Source: Octopus vulgaris
Lineage: Eukaryota
Direction of reading: 5' to 3'
Length of the DNA: 64,000 nucleotides
Assembly: GCA_951406725.2 (NCBI GenBank)
Contig: OX597840.1
Location: 16,802,001-16,866,000 of the forward strand
Positions 11,800 to 25,505 of the stretch are shown here, in pieces (position 1 is the stretch's first letter; each line of letters begins with the position of its first letter). Made by a program: the position numbers and the translations under genes. The notes below the pieces were generated by a model, which saw nothing but the letters and a program-made list of their open reading frames with translations, was not told the DNA's origin and did not search any database.

Positions 11800-14700
11800 C
11801 TACTATATTGCGATGAAATTCTCTCTAGCCTTGGCTGGCAACTTCCTAGAGATTGTATCTCATAGAAACACTGGTGATTGTGACACATCACCAACACAAT
11901 CCTCTTTAAGATTGTAATGCCAAATAGAAATCATCACAATTGCCTTTCAGGACACCTGAGCCCCAAGTGAAGGTCTTTCGCAGGGCAAGTGTTCCACTGC
12001 ATAGCAGTGTAGGCTTGGTCGTTATACAAGTACTGCTACAAGATTAGGAGAAAATGGACTCAAGACGACAACCGAATTGTGATGACATGTTATTACACAA
12101 CAGAGCATACCGAAACAGGAGAAGAAGGCATAAGGTTTCGACAGAGAAAGATATGTTCCCTATCATGAAAGAAAGACTTCTAGACCCCAAAAATTTAATT
12201 GAGAAAAGGTAGTGGCTATCCCAGTTGGAACTGGAGGAGATCTCCGCAATAGTGAAAGAGCGTGAGCATGACTACGCTAAACACGAAGAACAAAATGCGG
12301 AACAATAACAGAGGTTAGTAGAAAGACAAAAAATCTTCACAAAAGAAATAGCTTCCCGGACGATGGCAATTTTTACTTTGTGTAAGGAAAGATTATTACA
12401 GAGGAAGTAAGGGACTTACGTCAACACATGAATGAGGCATGCATTAGAGAAAGAAAGAGGATTCCACATCTGAGAGGAACCGAAAGAAGAAAACTATACA
12501 AAAGAGTGAAAAAGATGGACGGCCTGTTAACGAGAAACTACATCGAAAAAACAAGAACTAAACGACCTTGTATACTGCACAGCTTCTGTCTCTGTAGAAA
12601 CTCTTGGGGTTAAAAGTCAAAGAAAAACAAGGGATAAAAGGCCATGATGGGTAACATCAAAAGAGATCTTGGACGGATACATGAAGTTATAGAAAAGAGT
12701 GTGGGTGAAAGACAAGAGAACGAACTGCAAACGAAGTACAAGAGAAGAGACAAAAGACTGCAAGTAGTTGAAGAAGAACTGAAGCAAAAGAACCATAATG
12801 TTAGGTAAAAATGAAAGTAGATACCAACAGAGAACAACTGAGTACCAGAAGAACAGACTCTTTAGGAACAAGGAGAGGAAATTCTACAAACAACTGGACA
12901 ATGAAGAAATTTGGAGCAAAGAAGCCCATCGTAATATAAACGCAGACTGATTGAGGGAATTTAAAAGAGAAATGGAAGATGGGGTGATACAAAAAAATAC
13001 AACACTCACAGAAAAGAAAGCAAGAGAGATGATCAAGAAAATATCAAACTAGAAAGCCTCCGGACCAGATGACGTTCAGTGTTTCTGGCTCAAACCTCTC
13101 CCAAGTATACACAGTTATATATGACCGGTTTTTATTAACTGAATAGAAAATGGAACATCGATATGAATGACAAAAGGAAGGAGTGTTGATACAGAAGCAC
13201 AAAGAGAAGGAAGTCACCATTTATAGACCTATTATTTGTTTACCATTACTCTATTACTATTAACTGGTTTCATTGCAGATGGAGTTTATAATTTTATGGA
13301 AAAGGAGAATCTATTGCCAGAGTAGAAAAAAGGTTGTGGAAAGATATAGGAAACTGTTGATCTGCTGTATGTAGATAGAATATTAGATGAGATACAAGTA
13401 AGAAAGAAAGGTTTAGCTGTTGGATGGATAGATTACAGGAAGGCTTACGAAATGGAGTGTCTGAGGGCGTTCGGGGTTATCGAGAAGATAAACAACTTTT
13501 TGGAAAAAAAGACAATGCGAATGTAGGAAGTAGGACTGACATGTGTAAATGAATCGCTGGATAACTTGGAAATAGGCAGGGACATTTTCCGGGGAAACTC
13601 GCTCTTTCCGTTACTCTTCATCATTGCGTTAATCCCGCCGACACTGACAAAAATCCAGGCCAGCCTATATATAGGTTTACCAAAACCAAGATGAGAATAA
13701 ATCACCTACTTTATATGGATGACTTCAAGCTTTTATACAAAAAATAAGATAGACCTGGATTCTTTGATGCAAGCAGTGAGAGTATTTATTCAGTAAAAGT
13801 ATTGGAATACAGTTTGGGAAAATAACTGCGCAGTGTTAATTATGAAAAGAGGCCAGAAGGAAAACTCTAATGGCATAAAATTACCACAAGATAACATCAC
13901 TAGATCACTGTGAAATAATGAGGAATACGAAACCTGGGGGCGTTACAAGACGATAGGGTCATGGAAGAAGAAATGAGAGAGAAAGTCACTAAAGAGTACA
14001 AGAGGAGAATTAGGAAGGTACTTGAAAGAAAATTAAATGGATGGAACATCATTTAAGCCATAAATACATGGACTGTAACAGTATTGAGATACTTTGCTCC
14101 CTTTCTGAAATGCGCAAAGATGGGGTTGCAGAACTTGGATAGAACTAGAAAGCTGCTCTCAATGCACGCGCACACCGTCCTAAAAGTAATACGACCAACT
14201 CTATCTACCGAGAAAGGGAAGTGATAGAGGATTACTAAACGCAGAAGACACTGTTAATATTGCGATACTGGGTCTGAAAAATTATATTGTACAGGGTAAA
14301 GAAAGAATAGTATCGGCAGCCCGAGATACCTTAAATGAGACTGAAACAGTAGGAGAATTCAAAGAGAAAAGGAAGAACAACGGAACAAACAAATGGAAAG
14401 AAATGGAAAGACATGGTCAATTCATGCAACAAACCGAGAATGGGTCTGAAGTAAAGAACGCAGGCTCTGGTTGACGGACGGGAACGTGAGGCCGAAATGC
14501 TAATGATAGCCATACAGGAAAAATCCCTTAGAACAAACCTGATAAAGGTAAAGATCAACAAAACTTAGGCAGCAAATCGGAAAGGAGACGAAAGTATCAA
14601 TCACTTTTTGAGTGAGTGCTGTATATAAACACAAAAATAGTTTTAGCGCCGACGTGACTGTGTAAGCAAAAGAGTGACATTGGGATGTTAAACGAGTGTC

Positions 14701-15115
14701 TGGCTTCAAAACAACAGAAAAGGGATATGAACACGAACCAGAAGCTGTGACAGAAAATGATAATTACAAAATTTTGTGGGATTTTTCATAAAAACTTACC
14801 ACACTTTTGAAGCAAGAAAACCAGATCTGATCATAGAGGACAAAATAAACAAAGAGTATAAGATCATTGATTTTGTATTTCCATATGATAGCAGAGACAA
14901 TAGCAAAAAAATTTTTTTGATCAAGAAAATTGAGAAAAAATCGGGATCTAGCCAGAGAGCTGAGGGACTGTGGGATGCTACCTAAAAGACTGAAAGAGAC
15001 TGGAATTGAAACTTGTACGGTCGATCTGCAGAAAAGTGTCATCCTATATTTTGCAAGAATCATAAGAAAGATTTTTGAGATTTGAGGAAAGTTGCTATCA
15101 CGAAGCCTCAAGATA
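11800..15115 (+). mobile_element. Near full-length R4/Dong-clade LINE (RT + RLE), pseudogenised
   Basis: KWTQDDNRIVMTCYY, KASGPDDVQCFWLK, YRPIICLP, WIDYRKAY, IFRGNSLFPLLF, INHLLYMDDFKL, HGQF, ESINHFLSEC, RKPDLII..IIDFVFPYD, LQKSVIL..ARIIRK in order; many stops; 5' boundary approximate. Confidence 0.9.
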
Positions 15116-15129
15116 GAATATCAGCTAAC

Positions 15130-15350
15130 AAAATTAGGATGTACTGGCGTGGTGTCAACAGGATCGAAAAGAGAGAAGAAAAAGTGAGCAACTATGATGA
15201 TTTGAAGAGGGAATTACTCAAATTATGGACAATGAAGAGAGGAGACTGATACTAGTAGAAGTTGGTGAGCTTGGAAGTATCAGTACTCAACTACCAACAT
15301 GGCTCAAAATGACTGGAACAAAGGTAAAGATAAAACGTACAGATAGCTGG
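15130..15350 (+). pseudogene. C-terminal RLE LINE fragment
   Basis: REEKVSNYDDLKRELLKLW..VEVGELG. Confidence 0.6.
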
Positions 15351-15375
15351 AGAAATACCTATGCCCTATAGTTGT

Positions 15376-15620
15376 GGAGACGTGTGGCTCAGTGGTTAGG
15401 GTGTTGGATTCATGATCATAAGATTGTAGTTTCAATTCCTGGACCGAGTGACGCGTTGTATTCTTGAGCAAAATACTTCATTTCACATTGCCCCAGTCCA
15501 CTCAACTGACAAAAATAAGTAATCTTGCGGCGGACTAGCGTCCCGCCGAAGAGGTAAATATATATATACATACGCCACGGAAACCAGGAAATTAGCCCTT
15601 ATGACTCCATGGGACTCGTG
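15376..15620 (+). mobile_element. tRNA-derived SINE related to family D
   Basis: GTGGCTCAGTGGTTAGG A box, GTTTCAATTCC B box, TTCTTGAGCAAAATACTT core. Confidence 0.75.
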
Positions 15621-16217
15621 AAGGATGCTAGATATATATGATCACTATGGTCAACCCAGACAAAAAGAAACTGAGACAAGTTCTCAGTTCCGGGGTATAT
15701 GAGCTTTTAAAGTTTTCGTTAAGCGGTATATGAGCTATTAAACGAGTGTTGGGATTATGGTTCCTCAAACGGAACAGAAATGACAGCGTTAAGACCTACC
15801 GTCGCTACCCGGCGGTTGTCTCTAGGAACAACTAGCTTCGTTTCTCTTCGATCCTAGTTGCAGTGGCTGAATGGTATTAAAGAACGCCAACTGAGTCCGT
15901 GGGGCTCAAGAAGGATGCTAGATATATGTGATCACTACGGTCAACCCAGATAAAAAGAATTGGAGACAAGTTCTCAGTTCCGGGGAGCTGGCCGAGTCGT
16001 GTCTGACACGTAAAGTCTTAAGTTATCGGGTTAAAAAGCTCGTTAAGCGGTATATGAGCTATTAAACGGTGGTTGGGGCTATGGTTCCTCAAACGAAACA
16101 GAAATGACAGCGTTAAGGTTCACCATCGCTACCCGGCGGTTGTCTCTAGGAGCAACTAGCTTCGCTTCTCTTCGATCCCAATTGCAGTGGCTGAACGTGA
16201 TTAAGGAGCACCAGCTG
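15603..16217. repeat. Diverged tandem duplication with a ~290-bp period
   Basis: 15603-15892 and 15893-16217 share long blocks such as GAGACAAGTTCTCAGTTCCGGGG and GCTACCCGGCGGTTGTCTCTAGG. Confidence 0.9.
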
Positions 16218-16368
16218 TTTGATGGTCAGATTAAATAGTTGTTTACCTGTAACGCTTAACGTTCACTGCAACCCCCCACCCAACACCCTAACCACCTTCT
16301 GTAATGATTTCGTTAAAGAAAATAAACGAACGATAACAGAAGAGCTTAGAGATTTCTCTGTTTATCTT

Positions 16369-17130
16369 TTATCCTATTAGTTGTTTCAGTCATTTGACTG
16401 TGGCCATGCTGGGGTACAAACTTGAAGGCTTTTAGTCTAACAAATCGACCCCATAACTGTTTTTTTTTTCTAAAAGCCTGATACTTATTCTATCGGTCTC
16501 TTTTGCCAAACCGCTAAGTCACGGGGGCGTAAACACACCAGCACCGGTGGGGAACAAACAAACACACACACACATACATACAAACGTACATACATGCATA
16601 CATACATACACACAGTTATATACATATATACGACGGGCTTCTTTCAGTCTCCATCTACCAAATCCAGGGCTTTGGTCGTCCCGAGGCTACAGTAGAAGTT
16701 ACTTATCCAAGGTGCCATGCAGTGGGGCTGAACAAAGAACCATATGGTTGGGAAGCAAGCTTCTTACCACACAGCCCACGCTTGCGTCTATATTTAAGAA
16801 ACTTCTTCACTTCCTTCAAAATGACAAGATATATATATCTTTTTATCTATCTATATATATGTGTGTGTTTGTATCTGTGTGTGTGTGCATGTGTGCGTGT
16901 GTGTGTGCATGTGTGGTTCTGTGTTTGCCTCCCACCACCGCTTTCAACCGGCGTTGACTTGTTTACATCTCCATAACTTAGCGATCCGGAAAAAGGGCGA
17001 TAGAATAATTATCAGGCTTTCAAATAAAAGGACCTGGATCGATTTATTTGTCTGAACCGTTCAGCTATTTGACCGCGACCATGCTGAGGCATGGTGGCTG
17101 TCCAATGATTGAAACGTGTAAAAAGGAAAA
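16369..17130. mobile_element. SINE family A: minus copy (16369-16790) and plus 3' half (16920-17130)
   Basis: Similarity to 2503-2880. Confidence 0.8.
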
Positions 17131-17150
17131 GATTTTATATGTGTATGTAA

Positions 17151-17188
<38 letters not shown>

Positions 17189-17410
17189 ACTTTATTTGTA
17201 GGTTAACAAGGCAACCAATGGTTTTATGTGAAGAAATCTTCACAATTGTTCAAGCATACTATATGTGTGTGAGCGTGTGTGTATACATACATAAATAATA
17301 TAGATGTACATATGTGTACACATACCTATATGCATACGTACACATTCACATATACGCATAGTGTAATCAATGTACTGTCAATGACACCCTGTGTGTGTGT
17401 GTGTATATAT

Positions 17411-17655
17411 AGAGTAGATGAAACCATAGCGACTGAAGAAGGGTTTTTTTCTTTGTGTTAATTGTCCTGTACTCCATTTTTTGTTGTTTTTAAAAAAATG
17501 TCCAGTTCCTTTGGTTTGTGTCTATGTTTTCGTTTCTCTTTGTGTTCGACGTCCCGTTGGTGTCCTGTACTCATATATGCGTGTATATGTACATGTAGAG
17601 GTAGGTACGTACACATATGTTTATATATATGCATATGTTTTATTTCATTTATTAA
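17411..17655 (+). mobile_element. PLE-like pseudo-LTR fragment (AGTAGATGAAAC..ACTGAAGAAGGG family)
   Basis: Highly similar to 52349-52570 and to 31475-31600; inserted in (TA)n. Confidence 0.7.
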
Positions 17656-17961
17656 TATATATATATATATATATCAGAGCGAGCGTACAGGCATTTGTGA
17701 ATCTGTACGTATATCCACCTGACCGACTGATACTCATCTCCGTTTTCTCATCTAAAATAGAGACGAGTACGAACACTTCAACACTTGTGATGAAGTCTTT
17801 GCTGGAAACCATTGATTACCTTGACAACCCACAAATAAAAAATATTCATCCGCCAATACGCTGTTGAGTACTAATTCTCCCTGTTCGATATCAAAGTGTA
17901 TATGAAAGATCGCCTGCCACTACACGTTCTTTATTTTCTCTCCTTGTTTCTTTCTGTGTTC

Positions 17962-17997
17962 CTTTCCGTAGATGAACGTAGGCTCGAAACGTTAAAG
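17962..17997 (+). ncRNA. Degenerate minimal hammerhead
   Basis: CUUU CCGUAGA U GAAC guag GCUC GAA ACGU U AAAG; stems I and III intact, core mutated. Confidence 0.45.
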
Positions 17998-18083
17998 ACT
18001 TTTTCACTTCCCGAGCATTATACTAATACAACTGCTTGTTGTCTACACCACCTGTCTTCGTCTTTTGTTTTTTTGTGAATTCT

Positions 18084-18179
<96 letters not shown>

Positions 18180-18247
18180 AGAAGGAGAGAGAGACAGTGA
18201 GGGGGAGAGAGATGTACGCATGTATGTATGTATGTTTGTATGTATGA

Positions 18248-18281
<34 letters not shown>

Positions 18282-18410
18282 TACGTATGTATGTATATAC
18301 CTACATGTAAGTATATATTGTATGTTTGAAGTATCTGATGAGATTAAATGGAAGCATCCTATGCGTCCACGCACCCATGAAAGTCACGTCGAGCTGAGAC
18401 AAGTTGCTAT

Positions 18411-18452
<42 letters not shown>

Positions 18453-18666
18453 CATGCATACATGCATATATATGTGTGTATGTATGTATGTATGTATGTA
18501 GGTATATATATGCATATATAATATGTGTGTGTGTGCATGTGTGTATACATACATAAATAATATAGATGTACGTATGTGTACACATACCTATATGCATACG
18601 TACTCATTCACATATACACATAATGTAATCAATATATTGCCAATGACACCGTGCGTGTGTATATAC

Positions 18667-18798
<132 letters not shown>

Positions 18799-19214
18799 TT
18801 GTGAGTCCGTACGTATATCCACCTGCCCGCCTTTCCGTTCCTTTCTCTATCTGTCCTTGGCTGGTGTTCAACAGAGAATCAATTTGACCCGTGTCCTTTG
18901 CTTAGCAATGAAAACTGAATAGCCCCGGCGACGTTGTAGTAGTAGTAGTAGTAGTCGTAGTAGTAGTAGTAGTAGTAGTAGTAAGCTCTTTTTTTGTTTT
19001 GTTTTGCGTTTTTTTTTTGAACCGGAAGTAAACCTAACTCCCTGTAGAATCACGCACATCCGGTATAGTTCTACAGTTAACTTTTCGTCCAGATGTGTTT
19101 GATCCCCATCCTGAGCTTTGACTGTACAACTCTTTCGGACATTTCCGGCTGACCGTTGTTAAGATGATAATAGCAGGAGCAGGAGCAGCAGTAGTGGTAG
19201 TAGTTGTAGTAGTG

Positions 19215-19264
<50 letters not shown>

Positions 19265-19370
19265 TGCTGTTGTTGTTTCTAATTTAGAAAAAAAAAGTTG
19301 TCACCGGCCAAACATCTCTCTCGCAACATTATAATAGGTCGCATTGATTTGTGCCTTCAGTCTAGTAGTG

Positions 19371-19427
<57 letters not shown>

Positions 19428-19559
19428 GGTGGCGATGGCGTTTATCGTCCATTCAATTATGGATAGGTTTGTATGTCATTTTGAAAATAGCTAATTTCCT
19501 TTCAAACAGCAGACGACCGTTTTTTTGTTTCATATGTATTATTCAGAATACAAATTATC

Positions 19560-20504
19560 ACAATGCAACAGCAGCATCAACGACACCACCACCACCACCA
19601 CCACCACCACCAACAGTAGCAACAACAACAACAACAACAACAGCACTGCCCATATCACTAACATCAATTCTGCCACCGCCACCGCTGCTGTCGCCAATAT
19701 CCTCAGCAGCACCAACAGCACCACTGCCAACAACAACACCTGCACCGCCAACGCCAACGCCAACGTCGCCACCAATACCACCTGTACTAACACCACCACC
19801 ATCACTGTCATCACAAACAACACCAGCAGTACACCCCCCCCAAAAAAAAACACCACCACCACCACCATCGCTGCCAACAACACCAGCACCATAAATAGCA
19901 ATAAGAAGACCACCACCACCGAAAGTAGCATCAACACAACCACCACCACCACCACCACCACCACCACAAACAACAACATCAACAACTACCAGCGTCAACA
20001 ACAGCAACCATAACAAATATGCCATCTCCATCATCATCATCACCCCCACCCACCCCCCACCCCCCAGACCACCTTCTACTCTTTACCTTATCGCTGTTCA
20101 ATTTTTTTTTGTATTATCTCTGCTGTTATTTTTATTTTATTTTATTATCATTTTTTTCATTTTCCTCCTTTTTCCATTTTCTCTCCTTTTTCATTTTCCT
20201 CCTTTTTCCATTTTCCTCTCCTTTTCCCCAACTCATTTATTCATCATTTCTTTTATTTTCCCCATTTTCCTTTCTTTCTTTTCTTCTTTTTGCCTTTTTT
20301 GTTGTTGTTTTTCGTTGTTTTTTTTTCTTTCTATCCCCGCCATTCTACTTTTAATAATTCACACGTGCATTTATTATTATTACACGTGCATTAATCATCA
20401 TCATCATCATCACCACCACCATCGTCGTCGTCATCACCATCATCATCATCATCATCACCAACACCACCACCATCATCATCATAATCCTCATCATCATAAT
20501 CATC

Positions 20505-20544
<40 letters not shown>

Positions 20545-20700
20545 TCATTATTTTCATTATTTATTGTTAGTAAGATTGGTGGTATCATTGTTATTACTAC
20601 TACTAATTTTGTTGTTGTTATCATAATTATTATTATTTTTGTTATTATTATTATTTATTTATTTTCATTATTATTGTTAGTGTTATTGTTGTTGCTGTTC
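19560..20700. repeat. Trinucleotide mosaic of (CAC)/(CAA)/(CAT)/(TTA) with a pyrimidine tract
   Basis: Low-complexity sequence producing homopolymeric ORFs in all frames. Confidence 0.9.
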
Positions 20701-20864
20701 CTATTATTATTCCTCTTTGCATCTCTGCTCAGGCGTGTCCATCTAATGTCCGAGTGGCAATGAAGCTAATCTGCTGGTAGATATAATTACTATTGACCGA
20801 ATATGTTCACAACTCGTTTCGTTGCCAACGTTTAATGTTAACAGACTTGTGGCAGACCGAAAGA

Positions 20865-20908
<44 letters not shown>

Positions 20909-21093
20909 GTGTGTGTGTGTCTATCTCTCTCTATATATGTATATATTTATATTCAAATATATATGCATATATACATATATATGTACATTTATACATACAC
21001 ACACACATATATATATATATATACATGCATATATATGTGTATATATATATACATACATACATATGCATGAACATATATACACATATACATATG

Positions 21094-21164
<71 letters not shown>

Positions 21165-21442
21165 AGTAAAAATATATATAAAATAAAGATAGTAAAAGCT
21201 GTGAGAGTGTTTATATATGCATATGCATATATATGTGTCTGCACATATGTATGTATATATGCATGTATGTATATATGTGTGTGTATATATCTGAGAATAT
21301 ATATATATATATATATATGTATGATGCTTGTGTATACGCATAGTCATACATGCACATATATACGTATATACATGTATGCATATATGCACATGTGTGTTCG
21401 TGTGAATATCTGTACACACACGTACACGCACACACACACACA

Positions 21443-21484
<42 letters not shown>

Positions 21485-22018
21485 AACAGTCCTTAGTCAA
21501 ATCTCACCGCCATGTTTCGACATACACACATCACATTTTAATGACTGTTTTCTTTTTCTTTTCTTGATCCACTGCGTATAACAACACCAAAAACAACGAT
21601 GACGACGAGAACAACAACAACAGCAACAACAACAACAACAATAATAATAATAACAATAAAAATGATAATCCGAATATGTCGGCGAAACAATATCAAATTG
21701 ATTCCTGGTGCAAAAGCGTAAGGACCAACTCGACGCTTGGGTTCACGGACAAAGTGTTATGCAACAGCTATTACAATACATTATTTCCTATAAAAACTGT
21801 CAACATTTAAACCACATCATTTTCTGGCCACGGCACATTGAAAGATATTGAAGTAGGCGCTAATAAACGCATATAATGTGGCGAAGATGTTAAGTTTAAA
21901 TTAATCAAGGTTTATATATATGGGAAATTGATAACGATTGCAGAATGCTTAAATCAACCGAACATAAGCAAAGGTGACAACCAAATATCACATTGGAAAT
22001 GTGTGTGAGTGTGTGTGA

Positions 22019-22092
<74 letters not shown>

Positions 22093-22679
22093 ATAGAATC
22101 ACAGTGTCAATTAACGTGTCGGTCAAAATGTTGAGCTGCATCTCTGTTGGTTTTTTATATACTGAGTTCAAATCTCGCTGAGGTCAATTCATTTCTTGTT
22201 CCTTCGGGATCGATAAAATAAGTACCAGTGTAATACTGAGGTCGAAGTAGTATCAATTTATTCCGCCCCCATTCAAAATTGCCGATCTTGTGCCCTGCCA
22301 AGCCCTCATCAATTTTTTAAAGTTCCACTTAGAAAGAGTTGAGAGAGAGGTACTAACACTCCTGGAATGTGTCAGAAGGTGTGGGAAAATGATTTAGGTG
22401 AATAGATCTCCACAAAACGCGCGCTTGTAGAGTTGGATGAGGGCTTGTGCACTTAATGGTCAGGGTGGTCTTGGATTTGTGAGGTTCCTTGATTGGCCCC
22501 AGTCGGAGGTTCTGTATCAGGAGAATTGCATTATTCATGTGTCCTTAGGTTTTGTATATTATGAATACCTTTATCTCATTTCACCATCTTTTCCCTTTCT
22601 TTCCTTTCATCTAATTATAAACTGCCCTTGCAATGCCCCTCTAATTTGGAACTCATGCAGCTTATAAAAAAGCCTCATC

Positions 22680-23100
22680 TTTGTTTTCTACAGATTCCTG
22701 CTGTTGTTTCTTCCTTATAGGATTCTAGATTCAATCCATGGTGCTGAAGTGCACCTAAAGATGGGTGATTATTTAATGAAGTGCACCATTCTAAATATGT
22801 GGGCTGTTCCCAGGAAGTGGTCTTTTGGCGCTCGTGGGTGTTGATGTTATCAGGCAGTTTGTCAGGGTGAATTTGTCCAATCCTTTTACCCCCGGGTTCT
22901 TGAACACCATAAGCGACAGGTATTACTTCAGCGTCCATTGCTTACATCTGCTTTATCTCTGTCTCTAAGTCTTTTTACTTTGATCATTTTTCCATGACTT
23001 TTGTAGATGTAATTCTCTCCGATGGTATTGCCATGTCTATTATTAGGCATTTCGTTTCCTTCCTATCCTCAATAATGATGTCCGGACGATTTTCTCTTAA
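22680..23100 (-). pseudogene. RLE LINE C-terminal fragment
   Basis: ENRPDIIIEDRKETKCLIIDMAIP..KDLETEIKQM..EVIPVAYG. Confidence 0.75.
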
Positions 23101-23217
23101 ATTATTGTTGAAGACATCGCACAGTATACAATACCGTGATGTTATAAATTGATGATGTGTATATCAAGGATCTTTGCTGTCTGTCAAGTCACAACAAGGA
23201 CCTTAGATATCATTTTT

Positions 23218-23350
23218 ATTGAATGAGAGAGCAATGCATGCTATCAAAGTGACACTGGGGTACAAATATAAGAAGCTCAATATACACATCATGGCTACCC
23301 ATCTGATAAGGGTACACCCGACACATGCATCACAACCATATGAACACGAC
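23218..23350 (-). mobile_element. 3' end of the 540-bp R4-associated element
   Basis: Matches the reverse complement of ~57000-57127. Confidence 0.75.
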
Positions 23351-23519
23351 ATTATTATTATTAATATTATTATTATTATTATTATTATCATTATTGTTGT
23401 TGTTTTGTTGTTGTTGCTGTTATTATTATTATTATTTTCCAATTGATTTGCATTTTATTTCATCTTCCGTATATATTAGATGGAGTGAAACTTCCTGAGG
23501 TCAACATAGTCTTTTGAGT

Positions 23520-23765
23520 CTCATTCCCAGGGCACCTACAACAACAGGGATGGTTTTGGTTTCTAATTGCCACATCCTAGATCTCAGTCTCAATTTCAAG
23601 GTCCTTATATATCGACAGTTTTTCAAATTCCTTTGCTGAGATGTTTCTCACAGTAGACACTGTCATATCAATTAACTGGTATGTTTTCTTTTGGTTTTTT
23701 TTTTTTTGGGGGGGGGGTCTTCAGTGACGATGTCTGGTCTATGACCATTTATTTTCCTGTTTGTG
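23520..23765 (-). pseudogene. RLE LINE C-terminal fragment
   Basis: HRPDIV..LIDMTVS..EFEKLSIYKDLEIE..MWQLETKTIPVVVGALG. Confidence 0.75.
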
Positions 23766-24019
23766 GTCGTTTTATAGGAAGTTTCAAACTGGATTAGGCC
23801 TCTGCCGCCTTTCTTTCGCATGATTATTATTATCATTATTTCTGTTTATCACAGATTTTGTTGGAGCTCCTGGAGTCCTGCATGCGTAGCGGGTCCACTA
23901 TCAGCAGCCTACGGTACAATACTATCCGTTCTTTTCAGCTCTCTAATGCTTTCCTGATTATTCTAGCCTTGCCAAGGAGGTAAATCTTTTGTAACAGTTC
24001 TATTATTACTATCATCGTC

Positions 24020-24172
24020 TTTAAGTTCTGAGTTCAAATTCCGCCGAGATCGACTTTGTCTTTCATCCTTTCGAGCTCGATAAATTAAGTACCAGTTGCG
24101 TACTGGGGTCGATCTAGTCGACTGGCCTCCTCCCCCAAAATTTCGGGGATTGTGCCTAGAGTAGAAAAGATT
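24020..24172 (+). mobile_element. SINE family B, 5'-truncated
   Basis: GAGTTCAAATTCC B box plus CTTTCATCCTTTCG..GATAAATTAAGTACCAG central domain. Confidence 0.8.
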
Positions 24173-25429
24173 ATCATTATTTGTCCTGATGGAATGCACG
24201 TGTTTGTTCGCTCGTAAGTTTTTGCTCTAAATTTTCGTCTCCAAAAGTTGTTAATTACTTATTTTGTTTCTAAACGTTTAACCAAAACACTACTCTTGCA
24301 TGGGTTGACTGTTTTGGGTTGCCTGCCCCTTTGGGAGCCGTAATCTCAAAATAATTTTTTCAGAATTAATTAAAAAAAAAACAAACATGGCGAAGCCAGG
24401 CTTGTTGAAAGACATAGAAGAGAAGGTGAGATATGCTTCACATAGAGAGGTGCAAGATGCCGTAGTGTCCTCCGCATACTACCCATAAATAGAAGGGGAG
24501 TCAAGCACACAGCAGGTTCAAATTCACGCGCAAAAAATTGCCAAGTCGTCAATCAAAAATAATAGTAGCAACAAATTCAGCGACGTAAGAAGCTACAAAA
24601 CTGAATTCCCTCCAGTCCAATGGAATATTCCATCACAAATGACAGCTCATAGCAGCAGAAGCACAACTACAACAGACTCCGCCACTACCATTTATACAAC
24701 TAATAAACTAAAGACAGCACACAGTATCACGACAACAAGCGACTCCACCACCGCCACCACAACAACGAATAACATCGTAATAAATGGTAAAAGTTTATTC
24801 GCTGTAACGGCGGCCAAGGGCAAGGAATTTTTTTTTTTGCATAGATCTGCTCCAGAAAGGCATGTGTCTAGCTGAAGTAGCTAAATTAATAAGGCTTGAG
24901 AAAACGCGAGCGGATATTGCTATCCCACCGCGGTCTTAGAGGAAAGATAGAAGAAAGCTGGGATCTTTTCCCTTTCAACGGAAGATCGAGAAATTAATTT
25001 TTTGTAACTAAACACTTTCAAACTTCGGACACTGGTAGAATGTGTCATATAAAACATCTTTTACTCTGAGGGTCGTTGAGAAAAGTTTATATTTTCAAAG
25101 TTATTTCGTGTTACAGTTGTTGTATTTCGGTAATTTCACCCAGTGAGTGCATGTGACGAGGATGGCCCATGCGAATGGGTCTATTCTTTCGAGGAGAAGG
25201 AGAGGCACCTGCTGAGGTGCATCTGACGGTCGGGATAACCAGAATGTGTGGGGTTCCTCAGTTGTCCCTGTGAGGAACTCTCCCCTTTTGGAGAATTTTA
25301 TTGTTCAGTTGTATTGTTAATTGTCATTGTTATTTTATTTATTCGATTTTTGTGTTAAACTCCTTGTGTCCCCAGTTTTGTATTGTCCCTATTTGTTTTG
25401 TGTTCGGTCCTTGTGACCGATAAGGAAAC

Positions 25430-25493
<64 letters not shown>

Positions 25494-25505
25494 GTTGTTG
25501 TTGTT

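Noticed and set aside
18335-18360. CTGATGA motif
   Set aside because: No stem II, GAAA or stem I complement; chance match
19021-19030. ACCGGAAGTA ETS-like site
   Set aside because: A single short motif with no supporting promoter or exon evidence
19298-20049. Proline/threonine-rich mucin- or extensin-like ORFs
   Set aside because: Trinucleotide mosaic open in multiple frames; the same pattern recurs at 37270 and 40460
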